A stretch of DNA of 64,000 nucleotides, taken from contig CM007991.1 of the NCBI GenBank assembly GCA_002189035.1, forward strand, positions 5,022,001 through 5,086,000, in the 5' to 3' direction. Made by a program: the position numbers and the translations under genes. This document shows, in pieces, positions 63,101 through 64,000 of this stretch. Under the pieces are notes generated by a model, which saw only the letters and a program-made list of their open reading frames with translations, did not search any database and was not told the origin of the DNA. Every line of letters starts with the position of its first letter. Position 1 is the first letter of the stretch. The stretch comes from Utricularia gibba. Lineage: Eukaryota; Plantae; Magnoliophyta.

Positions 63101-64000
63101 AGCCACTCCATTTTCCTTGCCCTTTTTGTCACGAATTTCCAGATCAAATTCTTGGAGAAGTAGTATACATCTTATCAACTTAGGTTTCGATTCCTGCTTG
63201 CTCAAAAGATATTTCAAAGCAGCGTGATCTGTATGAATGATTACCTTTGCACCCAGCAAGTAGGACCTGAATTTTTCAATGGCAAAAATAATTGCCAGCA
63301 ACTCCTTTTCTGTGGTTGTGTAGTTTCTTTGGGCTGCATTGAGAGTTTTTCTAGCATAATAAATCACATGAATTACCTTGTCTTTTTTTTTGTCCAAGAA
63401 CAGCCCCAACAGCACAATCACTTGCATCACACATCAGTTCAAATGGCAAGGTCCAATCTGGTGGTTGATGAATGAGTGCAATGATAAGAGCTTGCTTCAG
63501 TGTGTTGAAGGCATGCACACATTCTGCATCAAAACAAAAATCCGCGTCTTGCGCAAGCAATGCTGTTAGTGGGCAAGAAATGTGAAAAAAATTAGTAATA
63601 AATCTCCTATAAAATCCTACATGCCCCAGGAAGCTTCTGATCCCTTTTACCGTAGTTGGTGCTGGTAATTTTTCAATCACCTCAATTTTTGCTAGATCCA
63701 CTTGAATGCCTTTGGAAGAAATGTGATGTCCAAGCACAATGCCTTCTTCAACCATAAAATGACACTTCTCCCAATTGAGTACCAAGTTGCACTCAATACA
63801 CCTCTCCAAAATTATGCCTAAGTTCTGCAAACATGAATCAAAATTAGCCCCATAAACAGATATATCATCCATAAATACCTCCATGATCTTCTCCACATGT
63901 TCTGAAAAAATTGCTGTCATGCAACGTTGAAAAGTTCCAGGAGCATTGCACAAACCAAATGGCATTCTCTTGTATGCAAATGTGCCAAAAGGACAAGTAA
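60113..64000 (-). mobile_element. Athila element: RT, RNase H, integrase, 3' non-coding region and truncated 3' LTR; continues beyond the window
   Basis: RT ORF 63351-63965 (MPFGLCNAPGTFQRCM, FMDDI) and RNase H-integrase ORF 61694-63430 ([29 protein letters not shown]). Frameshift at a T-run ~63385. TTGAGGACAAG...TTAAGTG motifs at ~60340 and ~61470; LTR-end-like TGTGGATACGATC at ~60170. Confidence 0.92.

Overview
Plant nuclear DNA, mostly nested and decayed transposons around three host genes. The genes are an intronless ATL2-like RING-H2 ligase (28381-29187, +), a PMEI-pectin methylesterase (29661-31409, +, one 93-nt intron) and a 17-exon IBR3-type peroxisomal acyl-CoA dehydrogenase (46385-41909, -) with an apparent 1-nt frameshift in exon 5. 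The TE content is Athila- and Tat-type Ty3/gypsy remnants, Angela-like copia LTRs, four solo LTRs with readable TSDs, a TRIM, a PIF/Harbinger fragment, a hAT MITE, a foldback MITE and two large Mutator-like elements (MULEs). The best candidate for something undescribed is the MULE at 31752-41655 (TIRs plus a degenerate 9-bp TSD). Besides its transposase it carries a divergent spliced gene fusing a Transposase_28-like domain in frame to an FCP1/NIF-type HAD phosphatase domain. Its non-coding DNA is seeded with a CAC(T/C)GTAAT motif and a ~71-bp tandem array, an architecture reminiscent of VANDAL/VANC anti-silencing elements. The second MULE carries a ULP-type SUMO protease and an array of palindromic repeats. 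All domain calls come from motif recognition by eye; no database search was run. No rRNA, tRNA gene or CRISPR array was seen.
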